A stretch of DNA of 64,000 nt from Akkermansia sp. (GTDB lineage Bacteria; Verrucomicrobiota; Verrucomicrobiia; Verrucomicrobiales; Akkermansiaceae), in NCBI GenBank assembly GCA_045652085.1, contig JAZRTR010000043.1, forward strand, positions 3,613 through 67,612, written 5' to 3'. This document shows positions 39,641 to 47,411 of this stretch, piece after piece. The translations under genes and the position numbers were made by a program. The notes beneath the pieces are model-generated. The model did not search any database and was not told the origin of the DNA. It worked only from the letters and a program-made list of their open reading frames with translations. Position 1 is the first letter of the stretch. The number at the start of each line of letters is the position of its first letter.

Positions 39641-40981
39641 ATGGCACTACATATTCAAATGAGTGAAGAGGCTGAGGCCCAGCTGAGAAAGGAGGCGTTT
39701 AAGAATAAGCTCTCCTCTGTTCTGGCCTGCGTACTCTTCCTTGGCCTGGGCGGCTTGATGCTTTATGTATCAACCGTGCTTATCATGGGTGATACTCCGG
39801 TATCCTTCCTGTCCTATACACCTCCTCAGGAAGATGGCCCTCCCACCAACAATCCCACTCCGCGTGAGTTGACATCCCGTTCTTCCGCTTCTTCTTCCTC
39901 CGTGGCTCCCTCCGTTATCGTGGCTACAAGTGCTTCCACGATGGCCATGGCTCCGGTGGAGATTGATATGAGTGATGGTATCTCTCTGGACAGCTCCTTC
40001 GATATCGGCATGGGCTCTTCCGATTTGGGTGATGGTCTGGGTGATGGCGGTAGCGGTCTTGGCAGTGGTCAGGCCGGCGGTTCTGCTCTGACTGGTACTT
40101 TCTATGACCTGAAGCAGACAGGATCTCGTAATTCCCGCCGAGTATCTCCTCTTGCTCAGCGTGATGGTAACGGTATTCTTAAGATTAACCGTAATCAGTA
40201 CTATGAGGTGCTTGCTAAGTTCATTAACAGTGGCTGGAATACCTCTCAGCTGAGCCGTTATTATGAATCTCCTCAGAATCTGTACGCCTCAAACTTCTAT
40301 GTACCTGTGGCTCTGGCTCGCTACGCTCCTATTGCCTATCAGGTGGGTGATCCCAATAAGCCTGAGAATCAGTGGGTGTGCCAGCCTTCCGGATGGTGCG
40401 TGGTGTACCGTGGCCGCGTTCGCGCTCCCAAGACCGGTAGGTTCCGTTTTATCGGCATGGGTGACGACTGCATCGCGGTGCGTTTCAATCGCCGTCTGGT
40501 GCTGGAAGGTGGCTATCGTCTGATTTCCGCATTTGATCCTGCTCAGAATGGTGGTCCTAAGTTCCAGCTTTCCACACCTGCTGGTCGTGAGGCATTCCTT
40601 GCGGACGTTCGCAATGGCCGTGACCGTGAGCACAAGGGATATGAGCTCATTAACACGATTCAGGGCCTCGGCGTGTGGGGGCGTGAACTTGGTGGCCTGA
40701 TGGCCGGTGCTGAGTTCGAGGTGAGGGAAGGTCAGGTATATCCCATTGAAATTCTGGTGGCAGAAGAAGGTGGTAAGTTCGGTTTCGTGCTGTTCATTGA
40801 GGATATTACGAATGGTAAGAACTCCCGTGCTACGCAGTACGATCTTTTCCGTACGAACTTCTCCGCTCCTACTGCTGATGAGGTTAATGCCATGCTGCGT
40901 GAGGCTAGGTGCAATGACCCCAGCAACGTGATTAGCATTCCTTATAACGAAGATTCTCCCATCTGGACAGCAGTTCCGTAA
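39641..40981 (+). CDS. membrane-anchored protein with Ser/Gly-rich linker and PA14-like beta-sandwich C-terminal domain
   Basis: Real start taken at 39641 (MALHIQMSEE...), because the upstream part of the 747-aa track ORF is antisense to map. TM VLACVLFLGLGGLMLYVSTVLIMG. Linker SRSSASSSSVAPS...GDGLGDGGSGLGSGQAGG. C-domain GTFYDLKQT...GRFRFIGMGDDCIAVRFNRRLVLEGGY...GQVYPIEILVAEEGGKFGFVLFIE resembles PA14/GLEYA folds. Confidence 0.5.
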   Translation: MALHIQMSEEAEAQLRKEAFKNKLSSVLACVLFLGLGGLMLYVSTVLIMGDTPVSFLSYTPPQEDGPPTNNPTPRELTSRSSASSSSVAPSVIVATSASTMAMAPVEIDMSDGISLDSSFDIGMGSSDLGDGLGDGGSGLGSGQAGGSALTGTFYDLKQTGSRNSRRVSPLAQRDGNGILKINRNQYYEVLAKFINSGWNTSQLSRYYESPQNLYASNFYVPVALARYAPIAYQVGDPNKPENQWVCQPSGWCVVYRGRVRAPKTGRFRFIGMGDDCIAVRFNRRLVLEGGYRLISAFDPAQNGGPKFQLSTPAGREAFLADVRNGRDREHKGYELINTIQGLGVWGRELGGLMAGAEFEVREGQVYPIEILVAEEGGKFGFVLFIEDITNGKNSRATQYDLFRTNFSAPTADEVNAMLREARCNDPSNVISIPYNEDSPIWTAVP

Positions 40982-41010
40982 GCTGTTTGTTGATTGCAGA
41001 TGACACAAAG

Positions 41011-41046
41011 GAAGAGCCGCAGTATTCGCTGCGGCTCTTCTTTTCT
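41011..41046. terminator. hairpin terminator between convergent genes
   Basis: GAAGAGCCGCAG-TATTCG-CTGCGGCTCTTC (12 bp perfect) followed by TTTTCT. Confidence 0.7.
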
Positions 41047-41087
41047 ATAGAAGGGGGGCAGAAGAATAAAGCTTAGTGGGTGGGCAA

Positions 41088-41852
41088 TTATTTTCTGCGA
41101 TTGGCATGGGTGCCGGTTTGGCCTGCTTCACGCTCGAGCGCTCGTTGTTTCCAGAGCGGTAGGGTGTTTTTTCTGGCCTTGGCCTTTCGTTTGCGCTCTC
41201 GGCGTTCGGCAGCACGGGCTTGTTCCTCTGCTATTTTCTGCTCTTTTTCTCGCGCGAGGCGTGCTTCTTCCATTCGTTTCTGAATGCGGGAGGAGTGCTC
41301 GCTGCCGGCTGCGGTAATGGTCCAAGGACAGCGGGGATCCGTGCCGGATTCCGTGATGGGCAGGCAGACCATATCCGGGTCTATGAAGCGGATTTGGCGG
41401 TAAAGGAGGTCTTTTATCGTGGCTAGAAGGCTTTTGGGCGGAAAGAGGCCAGTGCGGGCGAGTTCGATGGTGAAGGCTACTCTGATGTGCTTGGCCTGCA
41501 GGCTCATGCGTGCTATGTCTCTCAGGGAAATGCCTTCAGCCGGTTCTTCTTCCGGCGCGCAGAGGGCTGCTGTACGCAGCAGGAAGAGGCAGTCCCTCAC
41601 TTTGCGGCAAAGTTTTTCCACGAGGTCTCGCACCTTGGGGCGGGCATTGAAGCGGTAGTCTTTCACCTCAATGAGCCAGAGCTCTTTCTTGCCGGGGTGG
41701 TACAGCACGAAGTCCATCTCCTTGCAGCTGTTGCAGAAGTTCTGGGCATGGTGGGAGTAGAAGGGGGAGCACTCGAAACGGCACACGTAATAGCCCGCTT
41801 CAAAGTTGAAGCGGTGAAGCCCTTCCACACAACTGGTACCGGCCTGAAACAC
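41088..41852 (-). CDS. PD-(D/E)xK-like nuclease-fold protein with K/R/E-rich C-terminal tail (partner of the upstream ATPase)
   Basis: GTG start 2 nt after the ATPase stop. Core ...CKEMDFVLYHPGKKELWLIEVKDYR gives D47...E62-V-K64, a classical PD-(D/E)xK arrangement. C-terminal RIQKRMEEARLAREKEQKIAEEQARAAERRERKRKAKARK. Confidence 0.5.
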   Translation of the reverse strand: MFQAGTSCVEGLHRFNFEAGYYVCRFECSPFYSHHAQNFCNSCKEMDFVLYHPGKKELWLIEVKDYRFNARPKVRDLVEKLCRKVRDCLFLLRTAALCAPEEEPAEGISLRDIARMSLQAKHIRVAFTIELARTGLFPPKSLLATIKDLLYRQIRFIDPDMVCLPITESGTDPRCPWTITAAGSEHSSRIQKRMEEARLAREKEQKIAEEQARAAERRERKRKAKARKNTLPLWKQRALEREAGQTGTHANRRK

Positions 41853-41854
41853 GT

Positions 41855-42943
41855 TTATGCCGGTTGAGAGGGTTCGAAGTTCATATTCAGGTAGCGGTCT
41901 GCCTGTTCCATTTCTGCTTCCAAACTGTCAATGTGGTCAATCTCATCCAGCGCTTGTCCTGAGGACGTACGTACTCCTCGCTGATTATCCTGAGGTGGTT
42001 GTAGCCCGAAGAAGCGGCGACTGAGTTTTTCATTTGGTTTTTCGGCAAGTTGAATGACGAGTTCCCTCAGCAGGAAGAGGCTGTGTGTGGTAAGCATAAT
42101 CTGCACTCCGGCGCGGCAAAGGCCGAGAATGATGCTTACCAGTAGGGGGAGATGGGATGTGTTCAGGTTCATTTCCGGTTCATCCCAGAAAAGCGAGGTG
42201 CCGCTGCGCACAGTGCCATTGCCGATGAGCAGACCGAGTGTGCCGATGCGTTTGAAGCCTTCAGCCACGAGGTTCAGTTCCAGCGGCTCTTGCCCTGGGC
42301 GCTTCAGGTAAAAGCGGCCATTGATGCGCTGAAGGTTGCCGGAGAGAAGTTTTTCAATTTGGAGGATGACGTAGCGCAGGGGCTCAGGCACAGGCGTGGC
42401 GGTAGGCTCTTCTTCCAGCGCTCGGCAGAGCTCCCAGCTTGCGGAGTCCAGCAGTTCAGGATAGCGCTTACCCGCCTGCATGTAGCAGGGGTAGATGGAA
42501 AGCACCTCGCGCGGGGAAATGAATACGGCATTCTCACTTAGAAAGCGCTGAGGCAGTTTCTTTATGTGCAGGCCTTCTTCTTCATGCTCTGCTGTGAAGT
42601 GGAAATCCAGTTCAGCTGAGCCCGGCGGTACTTTTTGTCCTTCTAGTGAGGCATGAAGGTGAGCTATGCCATTGCCGCGGTTCCTCGCTGTGAGGGAGGT
42701 GAGGTTCTGAGTGCCGAAAACTCGCAGCAAGTCACGTCTCAGCCGCTTCTCTTCTGCCCACACCTCAGGTAGCTCTCGTCGTGTGCCACCACATCCCCAT
42801 TTTGTGATGGAGTAGCATAGCTTCATGAGATGGCTTTTCCCGGAATCATTGCCGCCCACGATGATGTTTACACCCGGTACAAAGGTGAACATTTCGCGCT
42901 GCGGAAATACCGTAACACCCTCCACTGAAAGCTTTCTTATCAT
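41855..42943 (-). CDS. ABC/SMC-type ATPase of the AAA_15/AAA_21 (OLD/AbiL/Septu-like) class
   Basis: Walker A VGGNDSGKSH (K36), ABC-signature-like LVAEGFKRIGTL, Walker B SLFWDEPEMNL (D254 E255), H-loop MLTTHS. No TM or transporter partner. Confidence 0.8.
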   Translation of the reverse strand: MIRKLSVEGVTVFPQREMFTFVPGVNIIVGGNDSGKSHLMKLCYSITKWGCGGTRRELPEVWAEEKRLRRDLLRVFGTQNLTSLTARNRGNGIAHLHASLEGQKVPPGSAELDFHFTAEHEEEGLHIKKLPQRFLSENAVFISPREVLSIYPCYMQAGKRYPELLDSASWELCRALEEEPTATPVPEPLRYVILQIEKLLSGNLQRINGRFYLKRPGQEPLELNLVAEGFKRIGTLGLLIGNGTVRSGTSLFWDEPEMNLNTSHLPLLVSIILGLCRAGVQIMLTTHSLFLLRELVIQLAEKPNEKLSRRFFGLQPPQDNQRGVRTSSGQALDEIDHIDSLEAEMEQADRYLNMNFEPSQPA

Positions 42944-42950
42944 ACCTGAT

Positions 42951-42979
42951 ATTCTATCTTATTATGAGGTGTTTGACAA
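42951..42979 (-). promoter_or_regulatory. candidate promoter of the ATPase-nuclease pair (TTGTCA-N17-TAGAAT)
   Basis: Minus strand: TTGTCA (42979-42974), 17-nt spacer, TAGAAT (42956-42951), then 7 nt to the ATG at 42943. Predicts a leaderless transcript. Confidence 0.3.
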
Positions 42980-43136
42980 TAAAGAAATCCCAACGAGCGC
43001 TAAAAGTTTCAAGAGTTGACCTTTTATAATGGTTCTCCGTTATTTTTTTCGAAGGGGATATTCAGAACTCGGGTCTGCTGCGGTATGACTTTTCGTCTGC
43101 TTGCCATGGGGGCGTGCCGTGTGATATGATGAAGTC

Positions 43137-43775
43137 ATGACCGATCAGGATAAAATGAAGAAAGTGATGGGGTATCTCATCGGCTATCGTCTCGGTAGCC
43201 AGATGCTGCCCCAGATGCTGCCCGGTATCGAGGCTGATGACGTGGTGGCTGATATGCTCGCCAAGGGCGTAAAGGATGGCATTTCCGGTGATGCTGATAT
43301 GAGCATTATTGATGAGAAAGTGGAGGAGTACCAGAGCGCCTTCGTTAGCATGCTGCAGGAACGTGGCAAGAAAGCAGGTGAGGCCAACTTGGAAAAGGGC
43401 CGCCTTTACATGCAGGAGAATGGCAAGCGCGCTGAGGTGACCACTACTGAAAGCGGTTTGCAGTATGAGGTGATTGTTCCTGGCGGCAGTGAGAAGTATG
43501 ACGCGGCAGTGCATGGTGATGCCCCTACCGCTGAGGTGATGTACAAGGGTACGCTTGTGGATGGTACCGTGTTTGATCAGTCTCGCCAGCCTGTTAAGTT
43601 CAATATCCGTCAGGTTATCCCCGGTTTCACCGAGGCTCTGAAGCTTATGCCCGTGGGTGCTAAGTGGAAGGTGACCATCCCGGCCAACCTTGCATATGGT
43701 GCTAATGGCCCCGGTAGCATCGGCCCGAACTCTACGCTTATCTTTGAGATGGAACTCATCTCCCTGACTAAGTAA
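43137..43775 (+). CDS. fklB: FKBP-type peptidyl-prolyl cis-trans isomerase (FklB/Mip-like, no signal peptide seen)
   Basis: GLQYEVIVPG...VMYKGTLVDGTVFDQS...PVKFNIRQVIPGFTEALKLMPVGAKWKVTIPANLAYG...IGPNSTLIFEMELISL. Confidence 0.9.
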   Translation: MTDQDKMKKVMGYLIGYRLGSQMLPQMLPGIEADDVVADMLAKGVKDGISGDADMSIIDEKVEEYQSAFVSMLQERGKKAGEANLEKGRLYMQENGKRAEVTTTESGLQYEVIVPGGSEKYDAAVHGDAPTAEVMYKGTLVDGTVFDQSRQPVKFNIRQVIPGFTEALKLMPVGAKWKVTIPANLAYGANGPGSIGPNSTLIFEMELISLTK

Positions 43776-43837
43776 TCTTTATCCCATTATATGCCGGCGG
43801 GAGGGATTTCCCGCCGGCCCTTTCCTTCCCAGTTACC

Positions 43838-44017
43838 ATGCGTACAAGAACCGGTAAGTTTATTCGCAGCGGCCTTTTTCTGGCACTTGGCGTATTCTTT
43901 CTGCTTTACGCGCTCGGCATGCCTGCCAGCGGGTATCAGACTGTCTTTTATGCCTTTGCCGGCCTAGATATCATCTGGGCAGTGTGTCTGATGGTGTCCG
44001 CTATCCGTAATCGCTGA
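43838..44017 (+). CDS. unlisted 59-aa two-TM small membrane protein
   Basis: MRTRTGKFIRSGLFLALGVFFLLYALGMPASGYQTVFYAFAGLDIIWAVCLMVSAIRNR. Followed by a strong terminator. Confidence 0.4.
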   Translation: MRTRTGKFIRSGLFLALGVFFLLYALGMPASGYQTVFYAFAGLDIIWAVCLMVSAIRNR

Positions 44018-44041
44018 TTATCTGTAATTACATGCTTGTTC

Positions 44042-44077
44042 TCCGCTGTCATGAATTGGTGGCAGCGGATTTTTTTT
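44042..44077 (+). terminator. Rho-independent terminator
   Basis: TCCGCTGTC-loop-GGCAGCGGA followed by TTTTTTTT. Confidence 0.7.
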
Positions 44078-44125
44078 ATGATTTTTATTTTTTCTTGAAC
44101 GAAAGTATATTTCATAGCGTTTTAC

Positions 44126-44584
44126 TTGGTGATGAAAAATCGTCTGAGCATAGTTGTAATAATCCTGCTGGCATTGGCAGGTATTGTTTTCATGCAGACG
44201 CGGACTGTTTCATACGGAGATCTGACGTGGATTCGGATTGGCTTTTATCCACTTGTGAAAAAGAGTATCCACGTGGTGAGGTATGAAGATAAAACGCTTT
44301 GTGCGGAGGTGCTGGATGATGTGGAAGCACCCTGGGTGAGAGCGAATGACGACCAGACACTTTCAGTATCCTACGGGCGTATCGGGAGTGAGACTACAGT
44401 AAATTACGCTGTGATGGAGGATGAGTTTGTGCCAGCCCGCCCTCACAAGGTGTATGGGTATGATTTTAACTTCACCACGCTATTAAATGGCAGGGAAGAT
44501 ATATATCTAGGGCCTGAGATTGAGGCTTTCCGTGAGCGTCTAGCAGCATGGGCTCGTGCGAAATCAGAATTGACAAATGGCTGA
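44126..44584 (+). CDS. hypothetical membrane-anchored protein
   Basis: N-terminal TM LSIVVIILLALAGIVFM. No motif recognised. Confidence 0.45.
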   Translation: MVMKNRLSIVVIILLALAGIVFMQTRTVSYGDLTWIRIGFYPLVKKSIHVVRYEDKTLCAEVLDDVEAPWVRANDDQTLSVSYGRIGSETTVNYAVMEDEFVPARPHKVYGYDFNFTTLLNGREDIYLGPEIEAFRERLAAWARAKSELTNG

Positions 44585-44603
44585 AATATGATAGTCTGAG
44601 CGC

Positions 44604-45992
44604 ATGGCCGTTAAGTTTGCAATAGTTTCTCTCGGTTGTGCGAAAAATTTGGTGGACTCTGAGGTGATGGCAGATCGCCTTTTGACTGCCGGTTATGAAA
44701 AGACAGAGCCCGAGAATGCTGCTCTGCTCATCGTTAATACCTGCGCTTTTATTGATCCTGCCAAGCAGGAGGCTATTGATACGATATTTGCAGCAGTGCG
44801 AGCCCGTGAGGCCGGGGAGGCACCTGCTGACCAGCGAATCATGGTGGCAGGCTGTCTTTCCCAGCGCTATGCTCATGATCTCGTTAAGCTGATGCCGGAG
44901 GTGGATTGCTTTATCGGCGTGGATAAGGTGTGCGAGGTGGCAGAAATTGCTGAGGCCTGTTTGGCCGGGACGGCTGAGAAGGTATATACTACGAAGGTTT
45001 CTACGCTCGTGCCTGATTTTGGTGATACCCGCTACCGCCTTACATCCCGTCACACGGCCTATGTAAAAATAGCTGAGGGCTGCAATCACGCATGCGCTTA
45101 TTGCGTGATTCCTCGCATCCGCGGTGGGCACCGCAGCCGTCCTCAGGCTAATATTCTCAGGGAAGTTCGTGCTTTGGTGGAGCAGGGGGTGAAGGAGGTG
45201 AATCTCATCGCTCAGGATACCACCTACTACGGCATGGATAAATGGGAAAAGCGCGCTGAGAAAACAAGCGGCGTGGATTCTTCTCGTGGTGAGTCTTTGG
45301 CCTCGCTGCTGCGGGAGATTAATGCGATTCCCGGGGATTTCTGGGTGCGTGTGCTTTACACTCACCCTGCGCACTGGAGCCGCGAGCTGATAGATGTTTT
45401 TGCAACTTGCGAGAAGGTGGTGAAGTATGTGGATATTCCCCTGCAGCACATATCAGACCATATTCTTGACGAGCAGCGCCGAAAGACGGATGGTGATTAC
45501 ATCCGCACTCTGATTCGAGATTTGCGTGCAGCTGTGCCCGGAATTGGTCTGCGTACCACTTTTATCAGCGGTCTGCCGGGTGAAACGGAGGAGGACCATG
45601 CTGAGCTGCGTGATTTTATCCGAGAGTTCCGCTTCGAGCGTGCCGGTGTCTTCCCTTATTCCCGAGAGGAAGGCTCACTGGCTGCGAAAATGAAGGGTCA
45701 GGTGCACCATGCCACCCGCAAGCGCCGTGCAAATGAGCTTTCCATGATAATGGCCGGTATAGCAGATGAAATTGGCCAGAGCAGTGTGGGCCAGACTATA
45801 CGTGTACTCGTGGATGAGCCTGGACTGGCTCGCGGTCCGTGGGATGCACCGGATGTGGATGGCACGATACACGTGGACCCCATGTTACCTGTAGGCGAGT
45901 TTGCTGAGGTGGAAATTATGGATTCCATTGCGTACGAGCTGTTCGCTGAAGGTGCGGAAGATGCGATTGAGCCGGATGAAGATATGGCATAA
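44604..45992 (+). CDS. rimO: ribosomal protein S12 methylthiotransferase RimO
   Basis: VSLGCAKNLVDSEVM N-terminal cluster, radical-SAM AEGCNHACAYCVIP, C-terminal TRAM domain (VLVDEP...GEFAEVEIMDS). Confidence 0.85.
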   Translation: MAVKFAIVSLGCAKNLVDSEVMADRLLTAGYEKTEPENAALLIVNTCAFIDPAKQEAIDTIFAAVRAREAGEAPADQRIMVAGCLSQRYAHDLVKLMPEVDCFIGVDKVCEVAEIAEACLAGTAEKVYTTKVSTLVPDFGDTRYRLTSRHTAYVKIAEGCNHACAYCVIPRIRGGHRSRPQANILREVRALVEQGVKEVNLIAQDTTYYGMDKWEKRAEKTSGVDSSRGESLASLLREINAIPGDFWVRVLYTHPAHWSRELIDVFATCEKVVKYVDIPLQHISDHILDEQRRKTDGDYIRTLIRDLRAAVPGIGLRTTFISGLPGETEEDHAELRDFIREFRFERAGVFPYSREEGSLAAKMKGQVHHATRKRRANELSMIMAGIADEIGQSSVGQTIRVLVDEPGLARGPWDAPDVDGTIHVDPMLPVGEFAEVEIMDSIAYELFAEGAEDAIEPDEDMA

Positions 45993-46073
45993 GACATAAA
46001 TGCCAAAAAAAAGTGTTCTGTACATAGAACTTCCACACTAATAGCTTGCGGCGCTGCGGGGAAATGTGGTAAA

Positions 46074-47411
46074 ATGCCCCCGTACATGCGTAAATATGTT
46101 ATCAGGCGCCTGCTTTTGATGCCCGTCACTTTGATAGGCATCACTTTCGTGGTGTTCTGCCTTACTCGCATGGTACCCGGTGGTCCTGTGGATAGAATCC
46201 TTCAGGAGCAGGCTATCGGAGCTTTATGTGGAGAGCATTCTTCCGGTTCCAGTTGTGCCATGGTTAGTGAGCCGGATATTGAACGCCTTGAGGAAATTTT
46301 TAACCTTCAGGAACCCGTGTGGTTGGCCTACTTGCAGTGGTTAGGTATTCGCCGCCGCGAGGTGGAAATTGCTAAGGCTGAGTTTGGTGATGATGATATG
46401 GCTGAGCTTATCGTGACTTCATTGAGCGGGAACTCGTCTGTTATTGAAGTGCACAGGGAAGGAAATACTGTAAACTATACTCCTGAGCCCTGGTTTACTG
46501 AGGAAGGGTGGCGTATACGCTTGGAAGACCCCATGCGCCGCGCGGAGCGTCGCGCCCGGCGCCTTGGTGTGACTGATTCAGCCGCTATTAGTGAGATTGC
46601 AAAGAGTCCCGGCTGTTCTCGCTGGAGGGTTGTGGCGTATAGAAAGGCTTATGATGGCTTGCTGCAGGGCTGTCTCGGCCGCTCATACAAGTATAATGAG
46701 CCCGTGGCGGATATGATGCTGGAACGCTTGCCGGTATCCCTTTATCTGGGGATATTGGGTGTGTTGATTGCCTATCTCGTGAGTATTCCGTTGGGAGTGT
46801 GTAAGGCGTTGAATCATAATGGGATTTTTGATGGCGTGTCCAGTCTTTTCATTTTTGTGGGCTACGCAGTGCCGGGGTTCGCGCTGGGTGCCGTACTTTT
46901 GGTGTATTTGGGGGCACGCTTGGAGTGGTTCCCCTTGTATGGACTCACAAGCCCGGATTTTGCAACGATGAGCTGGGGTGATAAGATTAAGGATTTGGCC
47001 AGCCATACCGTACTTCCTCTAAGCTGTTACGTGGTATCTTCCTTCGCCATGATTACCATGATGATGAAGAATAATCTCATGGGGCATATCTCAGCAGATT
47101 ATGTGCGCACAGCCGTGGCTAAGGGGGTGCCGTTCCGTCGTGCCGTGTGGCGGCATGCATTCCGCAATTCCATTATTCCGCTGGCCTCCACATTAGGGAC
47201 TACGCTCTGCGGTGTGGTGGCCGGCTCTCTCCTCATTGAGCGGGTATTTGATATTCAGGGCTTTGGTATGCTGAGTTTCCAAGCGCTTATGGATAAGGAT
47301 TATTCACTTATCATGGGAACGCTGCTGCTGAACTCTGTTTTAATCGTAGTGGGAAACCTGCTATCTGACATTCTGGTAGCTTTCATAGATCCTCGCATCC
47401 GTTTCGACTGA
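46074..47411 (+). CDS. peptide-type ABC transporter permease (DppB/YejB-like) with enlarged first loop
   Basis: MRKYVIRRLLLMPVTLIGITFVVFCLTRMVPGGPVD. C-terminal ...ADYVRTAVAKGVPFRRAVWRHAFRNSIIPL (EAA loop). Likely start 46086. Confidence 0.8.
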   Translation: MPPYMRKYVIRRLLLMPVTLIGITFVVFCLTRMVPGGPVDRILQEQAIGALCGEHSSGSSCAMVSEPDIERLEEIFNLQEPVWLAYLQWLGIRRREVEIAKAEFGDDDMAELIVTSLSGNSSVIEVHREGNTVNYTPEPWFTEEGWRIRLEDPMRRAERRARRLGVTDSAAISEIAKSPGCSRWRVVAYRKAYDGLLQGCLGRSYKYNEPVADMMLERLPVSLYLGILGVLIAYLVSIPLGVCKALNHNGIFDGVSSLFIFVGYAVPGFALGAVLLVYLGARLEWFPLYGLTSPDFATMSWGDKIKDLASHTVLPLSCYVVSSFAMITMMMKNNLMGHISADYVRTAVAKGVPFRRAVWRHAFRNSIIPLASTLGTTLCGVVAGSLLIERVFDIQGFGMLSFQALMDKDYSLIMGTLLLNSVLIVVGNLLSDILVAFIDPRIRFD

